From: Candidatus Competibacteraceae bacterium
GTDB taxonomy: Bacteria > Pseudomonadota > Gammaproteobacteria > Competibacterales > JAHEDQ01
Length of the DNA stretch: 54,217 nt
Direction: 5' to 3'
Assembly: GCA_024641125.1 (NCBI GenBank)
Contig: JAHEDQ010000004.1
Coordinates: 1 to 54,217, forward strand
Shown here: in pieces, positions 41,993-51,520 of the stretch
Position numbering within the stretch: position 1 is the stretch's first letter
How the letters are laid out: every line of letters begins with the position of its first letter
Notes under the pieces: model-generated
The model's input: only the letters and a program-made list of their open reading frames with translations
The model's database searches: none
Told to the model about the DNA's origin: nothing
Translations under genes and position numbers: made by a program

Positions 41993-42412
41993 ATGGATCT
42001 CAAAGGCAGCAAGACGGAAGGTAACCTGAAGGACGCATTTTCGGGTGAGTCACAGGCCAACCGCCGGTACTTGTACTTCGCCGCCAAGGCGGATGTGGAG
42101 GGTTACAATGACGTGGCAGCCGTGTTCCGCTCCACCGCGGAGGGTGAAACAGGCCATGCCCACGGCCATTTGGAATATCTGGAATCCGTTGGCGATCCGG
42201 CAACCGGTCTACCGATTGGCGCAACCGGCGACAATTTGAAAGCCGCCATCGCCGGCGAAACCCATGAGTACACCGACATGTACCCGGGCATGGCCAAGTC
42301 AGCCCGAGATGAAGGTTTCGACGAAATCGCCGACTGGTTTGAAACCCTGGCCAAGGCCGAACGGTCTCATGCCAACCGGTTCCAGAAGGCTTTTGACAGT
42401 CTGGATGCCTGA
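41993..42412 (+). CDS. Rubrerythrin, short form without rubredoxin domain
   Basis: [38 protein letters not shown]; no C-terminal CxxC. Confidence 0.95.
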   Translation: MDLKGSKTEGNLKDAFSGESQANRRYLYFAAKADVEGYNDVAAVFRSTAEGETGHAHGHLEYLESVGDPATGLPIGATGDNLKAAIAGETHEYTDMYPGMAKSARDEGFDEIADWFETLAKAERSHANRFQKAFDSLDA

Positions 42413-42424
42413 GTCGGCACCATC

Positions 42425-42453
42425 CGAGGGGCGGGTCATCGCCCCTCGCTTTT
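42425..42453 (+). terminator. Hairpin / weak intrinsic terminator after rubrerythrin
   Basis: CGAGGGGCG-N6-CGCCCCTCG followed by CTTTT. Confidence 0.55.
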
Positions 42454-42480
42454 CAATCTCAAAAAGGCAAAGGCCCGATC

Positions 42481-43827
42481 ATGTCAGCAGCGACCGGTGG
42501 CACGCGCGAGGGGAGTCTGGAGGCACCCACCCGACATCCGCTCGATTGGAAGAACGCAACGTTCTGGGATCAGGAGAACCTGGATCGAGAACTTGAGCGT
42601 GTGTTCGATATATGCCACGGCTGCCGGCGATGCGTCAGTCTGTGCAACTCATTTCCGACGCTGTTTGACCTGGTGGATGAATCCGACACCATGGAAGTGG
42701 ACGGTGTCGCCAAGTCAGACTATTGGAAGGTGGTTGAACACTGTTACCTGTGCGATCTCTGCTACCTGACCAAGTGCCCCTATGTGCCGCCCCATGAGTG
42801 GAACGTGGATTTTCCTCACCTCATGCTCAGGGCCAAGGCGGTACACTTCAAGGAACACGGCGCGAGCCTACGCGACCGGGTGCTGAGTTCAACCGATACG
42901 GTGGGCAAACTCGCCGGCATTCCGGTGGTGAGCGGTGTGGTCAACGCCAGTAACCGGAACGGCACGATGCGGCGGGTTCTGTCAAAGGCCCTGGGGGTGC
43001 ACGAGAACGCACCGGTGCCGCCCTACCATAGCGACACGCTGAGCAAGCGCATGGCCAAACGCCAGCCCTCATCGTTGCAAGCTGAATCTACCGATCTGAC
43101 CACAGGAAAGGTGGCGCTGTTCGGCACCTGCTACGGCAACTATAACGAACCGGATATCGGCACCGATCTGGTGTCCGTTTTTGAGCACAACGGCGTCCCT
43201 GTGACTCTGGTCGAGAAAACCCGGTGTTGCGGCATGCCCAAGCTGGAACTGGGTGATCTGGATGCCGTCGCCGCCGCCAAGGACATCAATATTCCGCTGC
43301 TGGCATCTCTGGTGGATCAGGGCTATGACATCGTTGCCCCGGTGCCGTCCTGTACATTGATGTTCAAGCAGGAACTGCCACTGATGTTCCCGGATGATGC
43401 TGAGGTGGCCAAGGTGCAGCAGCGTATTTTCGACCCGTTCGAGTATCTTATGCTCCGCCACAAGGCGGGCAAGCTTGCCACCGACTTCAAGCAGTCCCTG
43501 GGCAAGGTCGCCTATCATGTCGCCTGCCATCTACGGGTCCAGCGAATCGGTCTGAAGACCCGCGACCTCCTGCAACTGGTGCCCGACACCCAAGTCGAGC
43601 CGATAGAGCGCTGCTCGGGTCATGACGGTACCTATGCGGTCAAGCAGGAGTTCCACGACATTTCGATGAAAATCGCACGGCCCGTGGTAACCCGGGTGGA
43701 GAAAATGGACGCCGATCATTATGGTAGCGATTGTCCGATGGCCGGGCATCAAATTGAGAACGGTCTGGGCAAGGAAATGCATCCGGAGCACCCCATGACC
43801 CTGCTCCGCAAGGCTTACGGAATCTGA
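42481..43827 (+). CDS. Rubrerythrin-associated Fe-S oxidoreductase (GlpC/HdrD-like)
   Basis: REGSLEAPTRHP, CHGCRRCVSLC, CYLCDLCYLTKCP, CCGMP, CSGHDG, SDCPMA. Confidence 0.9.
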   Translation: MSAATGGTREGSLEAPTRHPLDWKNATFWDQENLDRELERVFDICHGCRRCVSLCNSFPTLFDLVDESDTMEVDGVAKSDYWKVVEHCYLCDLCYLTKCPYVPPHEWNVDFPHLMLRAKAVHFKEHGASLRDRVLSSTDTVGKLAGIPVVSGVVNASNRNGTMRRVLSKALGVHENAPVPPYHSDTLSKRMAKRQPSSLQAESTDLTTGKVALFGTCYGNYNEPDIGTDLVSVFEHNGVPVTLVEKTRCCGMPKLELGDLDAVAAAKDINIPLLASLVDQGYDIVAPVPSCTLMFKQELPLMFPDDAEVAKVQQRIFDPFEYLMLRHKAGKLATDFKQSLGKVAYHVACHLRVQRIGLKTRDLLQLVPDTQVEPIERCSGHDGTYAVKQEFHDISMKIARPVVTRVEKMDADHYGSDCPMAGHQIENGLGKEMHPEHPMTLLRKAYGI

Positions 43828-43846
43828 ACAAGAAGAGGACCACCCC

Positions 43847-44146
43847 ATGTCGAATGAGGGTTACCACGAGCCGATTGGCGAACTGAGCGACGAGACGCGC
43901 GACATGCACCGCGCCATCGTATCGCTGATGGAAGAACTCGAAGCGGTCGACTGGTACAACCAGCGCGTGGATGCCTGCAAGGATGCCGACCTGAAGCACA
44001 TTCTTGAGCACAATCGTGACGAAGAGAAAGAACATGCCGCTATGGTGATGGAGTGGATTCGGCGGAAAGATCCGACCTTCGACAAGGAACTGCGTGACTA
44101 TCTGTTCACCGACGCACCCATTGTCGACCCGGACCACGGACACTGA
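43847..44146 (+). CDS. Encapsulated-ferritin-type (EncFtn/Flp) protein without a cargo-loading peptide
   Basis: HRAIVSLMEELEAVDWYNQR and HNRDEEKEHAAM ferroxidase motifs; ends YLFTDAPIVDPDHGH. Confidence 0.9.
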   Translation: MSNEGYHEPIGELSDETRDMHRAIVSLMEELEAVDWYNQRVDACKDADLKHILEHNRDEEKEHAAMVMEWIRRKDPTFDKELRDYLFTDAPIVDPDHGH

Positions 44147-44229
44147 CAGAAGCAGCCGACAATACCTGGCAGAAACTGAAAAGCGTACACACGATGACTG
44201 AGATACCGATTGGTTCGGAGCCATCACGA

Positions 44230-44820
44230 ATGGAAAAGTTGTCCCGACAAGATTTGTTTTCCCTGGAGGCCTATGCCGAGGCGCGACCGGATTTCCGCGC
44301 TCAGGTCCTCAGGCACAAGGCGGCTCGGCGCATAGAGCTTGGCGATCACGCGACACTCTACTTCGAGGATCGGATGACCATGCAGTACCAGATTCAGGAA
44401 ATGCTGCGGGTCGAACGCATTTTTGAGGCCAGCGGCATTCAGGAAGAGTTGGACGCATACAACCCGATGATCCCGGACGGCAACAACTGGAAAGCCACCT
44501 TTATGCTGGAGTATGAGGACGTGGCCGAGCGGCGCGATGCGCTGGCCGCCCTGATCAATGTGGAAGATCACACCTGGGTGCGGGTGGCTGACATGCAGCC
44601 GGTTTACGCCATCGCCGACGAAGATCTGGAGCGGGAAACCAGTGACAAAACTTCATCGGTGCACTTCATGCGCTTCGAGCTGACGCCCCAGATGGTCGAG
44701 GCCGCCACCGCCGGTGCACCGATCAGCATAGGCATCGACCATCCGGCCTACACCGTGTCCCTGGAACCTATTCCAGAGCCTTCGCGGGAATCGCTCGCGG
44801 CCGATCTCAAGGCCGGCTGA
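44230..44820 (+). CDS. DUF3501 family protein
   Basis: SLEAY...R, YQIQEMLRVE, ELDAYNPMIP, KTSSVHFMRF, IDHPAY; last gene of the rubrerythrin cluster. Confidence 0.88.
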   Translation: MEKLSRQDLFSLEAYAEARPDFRAQVLRHKAARRIELGDHATLYFEDRMTMQYQIQEMLRVERIFEASGIQEELDAYNPMIPDGNNWKATFMLEYEDVAERRDALAALINVEDHTWVRVADMQPVYAIADEDLERETSDKTSSVHFMRFELTPQMVEAATAGAPISIGIDHPAYTVSLEPIPEPSRESLAADLKAG

Positions 44821-44851
44821 CAGGCAAACAAGGCGGCACGCATTGGGCGAG

Positions 44852-47146
44852 TCAACGGCCTGCCCGAATCAAGGCGCCCAACCCGGCCCGATCGAGCGCG
44901 TCTGACAGCAACGCCTCCACTTCGGCAGGGCTTTCGAGCGCGACCGCCTCTTGTGCCAACCGCTGAGCCTGATTCAGGGTAAAACTCTTGAGCACCCATT
45001 TGACCTTATTCAGGCTGGCATGGCTGGTGCTAAGGCTGTCGATACCGAGACCCACCATCAGCAAACACCCCGCGGGATCTCCGGCCAGCTCGCCACAAAC
45101 CGCCACCGGACATCCCAGTGGCGCAGCCTGCTCGGCCACACCTCCGATGGCCTTGAGCACGGCCGGGTGCAAACCGCTGTACAGCGCAGCGACCCGGCTG
45201 TTGGTCCGATCGGTCGCCAGCAGGTATTGAGTCAGGTCGTTGGTGCCAATAGACAATGCGTCGACCCGCCTGGCATATGCCTCCACCTGATACAGCACGG
45301 CCGGTACCTCAACCATCACGCCCACCTCGGGGTTGCCGACCGGGATGCCCTCTTCCAGCAATTCAGCCCGCGCCCGGGCCAGCAGCCCGAGCGCCTCGTC
45401 CAGTTCCGGTAGCTGGCTTATCATGGGGAAAAGAATACGGTAGCGGTCACCCGCCTCCCCCGCCCGGAGCATGGCCCGCAGCTGGGTCAGGAATATCTCC
45501 GGATGATCCAGTGTCACGCGCATGCCACGCCACCCCAGATAGGGATTGGCTTCGTTGATCGGAAAATACGGTAGCGCTTTGTCCCCGCCGATATCCAGAG
45601 TGCGCAGGCTCACCGGGTAGGGCGAGAACATGCGAATCACTCGCCGGTAGATCCCGGCCTGCTCAGTTTCTCCGGGAAAGCGGTCACGCACGGCAAAATG
45701 CATCTCGGAGCGGTACAGACCGATGCCCGCAGCGCCGCTCTGCCGCGCCGCCGCAATATCCGCAAACAGCGCCGTGTTGGCCATCAGGCTCACCGGGTGA
45801 GCGTCGGCCGTGGCGCAGGGATGGTCGCGCAGCCGCTCCAAATCCCTGGACAGCGCCTGCTCCTCGAGTTCCAGACGCAGATACTCCCGACGAAGCTGTG
45901 GCCGCGGTTCGATGCACACCCGGCCGGAGTAACCGTCCACCACGATCTCCAGCCCCTCTAGACCGGCCACCGGAAGGTTTCCGACACCGAACACCGCCGG
46001 GATGCCCATGCCCCGGGCCAGCACTGCCACATGGGAAGCCGAGGTTCCGCTGGCCGACACCACGGCGGAAAGACAGGCCACCGGCACATCTGTGATATCG
46101 GTGGCGGTAACGTCTTCGCCCACCAATACGACCCGTGCGGGGTATTCACGCTCTTGTTCGCCGGTGCTGCGAAGACGACGCAGGAGGCGTTCACCCAGGT
46201 CGCGCAGGTCATCGGCCCGGGTGCGGATGTAGGGGTCGTCCAATGCCTGTAACTGGTTCGCCTGGCGATCGATCACATGGCGCACCGCACCGGGCGCCCA
46301 ATTGCCTGACGCAATACCGGTGGCCACCTCGCCGGCGAAGGAGCCGCCCTCCAGAATCAGGATATAGGCATCGAACAGCGCCAGATCGGCTTCGGCCAAT
46401 CGCGGAGCCATGTTGAGCCGTATGGCGCGCATGGACGCGATCTCGGTCTGCAGAGCGGAACGAAATCGAGCCAACTCAAGCTCCACGTCGTCCGCAACCC
46501 GGTCGGGGGTTGTGGCCAATACGCGCGCCGTACGCACCGCCACCGCGCTGCCTACGGCAACCCCACGGACGGAATCCGTGCCGGATAAGATCACGTTGCG
46601 GGATGCAGCTTTACCGGGCCCTAGCGACCCTGTGTCAGGCTTGAGATACTCGGCCACTTCGATCTGAGCGAGTACCCCAGCGACTTGGGCCGCCAACGTG
46701 ACCAGAAAAGCGCCCTCGTCATCACCGAACCGGCGCCGGGCACTCTGTTGCACCACCAGCACGCCGAGTACACGACGGGCCAGAATTACCGGCACGCCCA
46801 GGAATCCGTGAAACGGAGCCTCCCCTGTTTTCGGTACGAACTGATAGCTCGGGTGGGCAGAGGCATCGTCCAGATTCACCGGCTCCGCGCGGGCGGCCAC
46901 CAGACCGACAAGCCCGCCCGTCCGGGGCAATCGCACTGCTCCGACTGCGTCAGGCCGCAAACCGTCGCTGGCCACCAGTACATGTTCCGCACGCCGCTCA
47001 TCGGCGATGTACACGGAGCATACGTCGCAACCGATCTCGGCCTTGACCCGGGCAACAATGAGGTTCAGGGCGGTGCGCGAATCCGGTGCGGAGCTGACAT
47101 CGACCACGATCCGGCGCAACGCTTCAAGCATGGAGCGACTCTTCAC
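44852..47146 (-). CDS. ptsP: PTS enzyme I-Ntr (GAF domain plus EI)
   Basis: N-terminal GAF, SHVAVLAR phospho-His, GLYRSE, RTLDIGGDK, SIGTNDLTQY, VCGE. Confidence 0.95.
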   Translation of the reverse strand: MKSRSMLEALRRIVVDVSSAPDSRTALNLIVARVKAEIGCDVCSVYIADERRAEHVLVASDGLRPDAVGAVRLPRTGGLVGLVAARAEPVNLDDASAHPSYQFVPKTGEAPFHGFLGVPVILARRVLGVLVVQQSARRRFGDDEGAFLVTLAAQVAGVLAQIEVAEYLKPDTGSLGPGKAASRNVILSGTDSVRGVAVGSAVAVRTARVLATTPDRVADDVELELARFRSALQTEIASMRAIRLNMAPRLAEADLALFDAYILILEGGSFAGEVATGIASGNWAPGAVRHVIDRQANQLQALDDPYIRTRADDLRDLGERLLRRLRSTGEQEREYPARVVLVGEDVTATDITDVPVACLSAVVSASGTSASHVAVLARGMGIPAVFGVGNLPVAGLEGLEIVVDGYSGRVCIEPRPQLRREYLRLELEEQALSRDLERLRDHPCATADAHPVSLMANTALFADIAAARQSGAAGIGLYRSEMHFAVRDRFPGETEQAGIYRRVIRMFSPYPVSLRTLDIGGDKALPYFPINEANPYLGWRGMRVTLDHPEIFLTQLRAMLRAGEAGDRYRILFPMISQLPELDEALGLLARARAELLEEGIPVGNPEVGVMVEVPAVLYQVEAYARRVDALSIGTNDLTQYLLATDRTNSRVAALYSGLHPAVLKAIGGVAEQAAPLGCPVAVCGELAGDPAGCLLMVGLGIDSLSTSHASLNKVKWVLKSFTLNQAQRLAQEAVALESPAEVEALLSDALDRAGLGALIRAGR

Positions 47147-47303
47147 TTACCCGGGCACCTCAGGCATTCGCAGCATACTGGATGGCAAAGTACATAACGT
47201 CGCTGATCAGTAGGAGCGGAGGGCAAGACGATTCCAACACTCGGTGGGATCGCCTTGCCACGACGGGGTAGACAATCCCGCCAGCGAGGCGACTTAGGCT
47301 TTG

Positions 47304-47346
47304 GTTTCATGCGTCAGAAGTTCGCAGCACTTCTGACGCATGAAAC
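47304..47346. repeat. Perfect 18-bp inverted repeat at the rppH stop codon
   Basis: GTTTCATGCGTCAGAAGT-N7-ACTTCTGACGCATGAAAC; no U-tract. Confidence 0.8.
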
Positions 47347-47900
47347 TACCGGCGCCGTTCCGGAGCACCGTTCCTGCTCGACCCCTGGCCCCGATGCTCG
47401 CGGACAGAGGCATCCCGTGGTTCGTAGTTTGGAAACAAGAGAGGGGCAAACTCCCTCAGCGCCCGCGCGTACACATCCCGTTTGAAGTGGACGACGGCCT
47501 GGTGGGGGTACCAGTAGTCGACCCAACGCCAGAAATCGAACTCAGGCCGTTGAGAGCAGGCCAGATTCACATGCTGCTCGGAACCGGTCAGACGCAGCAG
47601 GTACCATATCTGCTTCTGCCCAATGCACAAGGGCTGACGATGGCGGCGGATAAATCGTTCAGGCAAGCGATATCGCAGCCAGCGATCCGTCCTGCCCAGG
47701 ATGGTGACATGGTCAGGCAATAGACCGGTTTCTTCCTCCAACTCCCGGAACATAGCCTCTTCTGGCGATTCCGCGCCTTTGATGCCGCCTTGCGGAAACT
47801 GCCATGAGGGCTGTCCGACCCGGCGTCCCCAGAACACACGACCATCAACGTTGCTGAGAATGATCCCGACGTTGGCGCGATATCCCTCCCGGTCGATCAC
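47346..47900 (-). CDS. rppH: RNA pyrophosphohydrolase RppH (NudH)
   Basis: [20 protein letters not shown], Nudix box [15 protein letters not shown]; upstream of ptsP. Confidence 0.96.
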   Translation of the reverse strand: MIDREGYRANVGIILSNVDGRVFWGRRVGQPSWQFPQGGIKGAESPEEAMFRELEEETGLLPDHVTILGRTDRWLRYRLPERFIRRHRQPLCIGQKQIWYLLRLTGSEQHVNLACSQRPEFDFWRWVDYWYPHQAVVHFKRDVYARALREFAPLLFPNYEPRDASVREHRGQGSSRNGAPERRR

Positions 47901-48123
47901 GGCACACACCTAAGCCCTTTGTACTTCCCCATTTTTCCACAAAGCCCGGCGATGAGTCACGTCTGACGAAAACAGGACTGGCCGCGTGGGCTAGATTCAT
48001 GCCCTGATTGGCCCGCAGCGCCGTTTGCAGACCCGCCTGGTCCCATGTATCTGGACCCAAGAATCCGAGCGTTGCGCCACTGCACCGCCGTGGCCGCCGC
48101 AGCGAAACGGCCGTGATGCGGGC

Positions 48124-48666
48124 TCATCTCTGATGCAAACGACTGCGCAACGCCTGAAATCGCGATGGCATGCTGCGGCCGAACAGGGGATCCTCCATGT
48201 GCACCAGCCTGCGGGCAATGGTCTGCCAATCGGCCGATTCGAAAATCTGGTCCACCAGCGGCAGTACGGATCCCTCCTCCACCTCCATGTGCCGATGGAA
48301 GCAAACGGTATAGGCCTGGCCAAGATTTGAGACCATGTCAACGTCAAACTCGCATGTCCGCTCGGCCCACGCGACCGCCAGGCGCAGTTCCGCACCCCGT
48401 TCCGCCAGTTCAACGTGCTCCCGCACGAGTTCAGCGAGCAGATCCGCCAGACTGGCATCCCGAGCCACCAGGCGCTTGAAAATTACATCTTCATTCGGAT
48501 GGTGAAACAGCTCTGCATAATCGAGGATATACGCCATGGCGTCCCCGATCAGTTGAAAATCGGCCTCGTTGCCGGCACGCAGCCGATCGAACTCGGCGCC
48601 CATCCACCTGAGTACACGCGCTGCGTTATCGTGGTCCAGATAAAGTCGATCGAGGGCCGCATGCAT
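48124..48666 (-). CDS. Hemerythrin/HHE cation-binding domain protein
   Basis: DH...HHPNED...EH...HMEVEE (H, HxxxE, H, HxxxE) followed by DPLFG. Confidence 0.88.
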   Translation of the reverse strand: MHAALDRLYLDHDNAARVLRWMGAEFDRLRAGNEADFQLIGDAMAYILDYAELFHHPNEDVIFKRLVARDASLADLLAELVREHVELAERGAELRLAVAWAERTCEFDVDMVSNLGQAYTVCFHRHMEVEEGSVLPLVDQIFESADWQTIARRLVHMEDPLFGRSMPSRFQALRSRLHQR

Positions 48667-48732
48667 GACCACTTTCCCCCTTTCTTGCACACCGCGGCCA
48701 TTCGCCAGCGCGGTGCTCCGCGGTGCGGATCG

Positions 48733-49212
48733 TCAAGTTCGGTCGAACAAGGGCGCCTGTTCCGGGTGTTCACGCTCATATCGGAACATAAACGCGGAGG
48801 CGGCCGAATCCAGTTGTTCGATATGAAGCCGCCACCAGGTCGGCGCCGTGTGACCCAGAAACTCCAGGCAGGATTCCGCCGATGTGGTGTGTCCCAGCAG
48901 CCGGCAGTGCAGTGTCAGCAAGCTTAGAAAACGTTGGTGCGCCAAAACATGCTTGGCTGCGCCGGGACAGCCGCTTCGCTGCATCGCCCGCTGCTCAGCC
49001 GCGAACAACTCTTTGGATGCGTTGGTGAGCTGATCGAACTCGCCGCCCAGCAAAGCCGACAGGGTGGTATCCCCAGCGGGCCGTGAGATGCAGATGTCGC
49101 ACATTTTGGCAAGGTGCGACAAAATCACCTGATGGCGATGGCGCATGAACTCAATGCACACATCGGCGCTGTCTGGAATCATCGGCTGTGCGCTTTCGTA
49201 TTCTGCCACCAT
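48733..49212 (-). CDS. Degenerate bacteriohemerythrin-like protein (start uncertain)
   Basis: HRH...LFAAEQRAM...CP...HVLAH...WWRLHIEQLD follows bacteriohemerythrin spacing. Confidence 0.65.
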   Translation of the reverse strand: MVAEYESAQPMIPDSADVCIEFMRHRHQVILSHLAKMCDICISRPAGDTTLSALLGGEFDQLTNASKELFAAEQRAMQRSGCPGAAKHVLAHQRFLSLLTLHCRLLGHTTSAESCLEFLGHTAPTWWRLHIEQLDSAASAFMFRYEREHPEQAPLFDRT

Positions 49213-49345
49213 CACCGCCTGCAAATACCGGTCTCCAGTATGTGGACTGGAAACGTGCCCGACCCCTCGCCTACCTGGACAGAGCGCCGATATCGACGCC
49301 ATCACGAGCATAATCCGACCCTACCGCCGTTCGGATTCGGGATAC

Positions 49346-49359
49346 TTGTCACAGATCAA
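49346..49359. promoter_or_regulatory. FNR-like site upstream of the hemerythrin pair
   Basis: Minus strand TTGAT-CTGT-GACAA (2 mismatches to consensus). Confidence 0.4.
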
Positions 49360-49499
49360 GTTTCCCAAACCTGACACGGGCCCGATCGGGTCTCACACAG
49401 CGGCAATCGAATCGCGATCCACTCCACATACCGGGTACTTGAGCGCCCGACCCCCGGTGCGTAGGCTGTGGCTGACGTGTTCTCGATGCGGCGCACAAA

Positions 49500-50168
49500 A
49501 TGACCGACAACTTGGCCATCTTCGATTTGGACGACACCCTGCTGGCCGCCGACAGCGGCAGCCTGTGGGGCGAGTTTCTGGTTGCTCAGGGGGTATTGGA
49601 AGCGGAGGTGTTTCAGCGCGCCAACGACCAATTCGAGCGCCAGTACCGGGCCGGTATGCTGGATGTGGTGGCGTTCCTGGAGTTCTCCCTCGCCCCGCTG
49701 GTCCCGCTGAGCCCGGATCGTCTGCAGAGGCTCCGTGCACACTTTCTCGAAGCGCACATCCCCGACGTGATCGCACCCGGGGCACCGGCGCTGCTGAACA
49801 GGCACCGGCAGCAGGGTGACCTGCTGATGGTGATCACGGCCACGCATCGCCTGCTGACACAACCGATCGTGGAGCACCTGGGGATCGACCTCCTGCTGGC
49901 CAGCGAACCGGTGCTGCTGGACGGACACCCCACCGGCGCGATCCAGGGCACACCCTGTTACCGGGAAGGCAAGGTGGAGCGTCTGAGGGAATGGCTTGAT
50001 GAGGACGGTTTCAAACCCCGGCGAACCTGGTTTTACAGCGACTCGCTGAACGACCTTCCGCTGCTTGAGCAGGTCACAGATCCCGTGGCTGTAGACCCGG
50101 ATCCGACCCTGACCCGAGAGGCACGCCGCCGTGGCTGGCCGATCATCTCGCTGCGCCATGATTACTGA
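49500..50168 (+). CDS. HAD-IB family phosphatase (SerB-like; possibly histidinol-phosphate phosphatase)
   Basis: IFDLDDTL, ITAT, GKV, FYSDSLNDLPLL. Confidence 0.9.
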   Translation: MTDNLAIFDLDDTLLAADSGSLWGEFLVAQGVLEAEVFQRANDQFERQYRAGMLDVVAFLEFSLAPLVPLSPDRLQRLRAHFLEAHIPDVIAPGAPALLNRHRQQGDLLMVITATHRLLTQPIVEHLGIDLLLASEPVLLDGHPTGAIQGTPCYREGKVERLREWLDEDGFKPRRTWFYSDSLNDLPLLEQVTDPVAVDPDPTLTREARRRGWPIISLRHDY

Positions 50169-51465
50169 TGCGCCGAAACCGCAGCACCAGCAACGCCGCC
50201 GCCACGCTCAAACCCAGCGTCAGACCCATCCACAGGCCAACGGCACCCAACGGGGTGCGAAAAGCCAGCCAGTACGCGCAGGGCAAACCCACCAGCCAGT
50301 AAGCCACCAGGGTATTCAGCATGGGGAGAAACGTATCATGCAGGCCACGCAATGCCCCCAGGGCGCCGACCTGAATTCCATCCGACACCTGGAACAGGGC
50401 TGCAACCATCAGCAGTTGACGCGCCAGATCCACCACGCCCGCATCGCTGGAGTAGAGCTGGGCAATGTCGCCAGCGAAGACCCAGATCGCGGCGGCGGCG
50501 AACACCATCACCAATCCGGTGACGCCAATGCCGGCGAAACCACGCGACCGCGCCTCCGGCAACCGCTCCGCGCCCACCGCATGACCGACCCGCACCGTCA
50601 CCGCCATGGACAAGCCCAGAGGCACCATAAAGGTCAGGGCGGCAAAGTTCAGGGCCACCTGGTGAGCGGCTACGGCCAGGGTGCTGATCCGGCCCATTAG
50701 AAGCGCAACGGCGCTGAACAACCCGGTTTCCAGTAGCGTGGCGCCGGCGATGGGCAGTCCGATCTTGACCAGTTCCAGTTGGGCCTTGAGGTCGAAACGC
50801 CGGCTCAGCCTCAAGCGCCCCGTGCGGAACACATAGAACATGACCAGAGCGAGATTCAGCCAAATGACGATGACGGTGGACCACGCCGCTCCGATCGCGC
50901 CCAGTCGGGGTAAGCCCAAGTGACCGAACATCAGTACATAGTTGCCCACTCCATTGACGAGCAATGCGACGATCTGGATAAACATGATCGGACGGGTATG
51001 ACCCAGGCCCTCGCACAGAAACCGCAGAGGCAGGTAGAGGCAGAGCGCCGGCATGGACCAGGCCAGGGTTTGCGCATAGCGCCCGGCGAGATCCTGTACC
51101 AGCGGGTCGACGCCCGCCCAAGCCAGTAGCCGATTGACCTCATGGACCGCGGGCGTCGCCAGCAGGGCCAGACCCAATGCCAGCCACATGGCGGCGTTCA
51201 GGACTGCTGCGACGCGGTCCGCCTGGCCCGCCCCCCGGGCCCGGGCCACCATGGGCGAGACCGCCATCATCAGACCGGTGCAGCCCAACATGATGGGCAT
51301 CCACAGGGACGCACCCAGCCCGACCGCCGCCAGTTCAAGCCCGCCCAAGCGGCCAACCATAAGAACGTCAGTGACCGCCATGCCGACCTGCACCAGCTGC
51401 GCCGCCACCAGCGGAGCACCGAGACGCAGCAGTGCTCGGGCTTCGCAGGCCAACTGGTTTAACAC
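50143..51465 (-). CDS. MATE family efflux transporter (NorM-like; start approximate)
   Basis: DVLMVGRLG, FGHLGLPRLGAIGAA, IGLPI, AAHQVA, FQVSDG, GALRG; about 12 TM segments. Confidence 0.92.
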   Translation of the reverse strand: MLNQLACEARALLRLGAPLVAAQLVQVGMAVTDVLMVGRLGGLELAAVGLGASLWMPIMLGCTGLMMAVSPMVARARGAGQADRVAAVLNAAMWLALGLALLATPAVHEVNRLLAWAGVDPLVQDLAGRYAQTLAWSMPALCLYLPLRFLCEGLGHTRPIMFIQIVALLVNGVGNYVLMFGHLGLPRLGAIGAAWSTVIVIWLNLALVMFYVFRTGRLRLSRRFDLKAQLELVKIGLPIAGATLLETGLFSAVALLMGRISTLAVAAHQVALNFAALTFMVPLGLSMAVTVRVGHAVGAERLPEARSRGFAGIGVTGLVMVFAAAAIWVFAGDIAQLYSSDAGVVDLARQLLMVAALFQVSDGIQVGALGALRGLHDTFLPMLNTLVAYWLVGLPCAYWLAFRTPLGAVGLWMGLTLGLSVAAALLVLRFRRISNHGAAR

Positions 51466-51520
51466 GGCCGGCCTGTCAAGCTTCCGGGCAGATCTGCCTG
51501 GTTCGCCGGCGGACCGATTC

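Noticed and set aside
47943-47992. Hammerhead-like string GATGA-GTCA-CGTC-TGAC-GAAA flanked by AGCCC/GGGCT
   Set aside because: The core reads GCGATGA rather than CTGANGA, stem III lacks the required U-H cleavage site, and it is antisense to the local genes. An Infernal search with hammerhead models would settle it.
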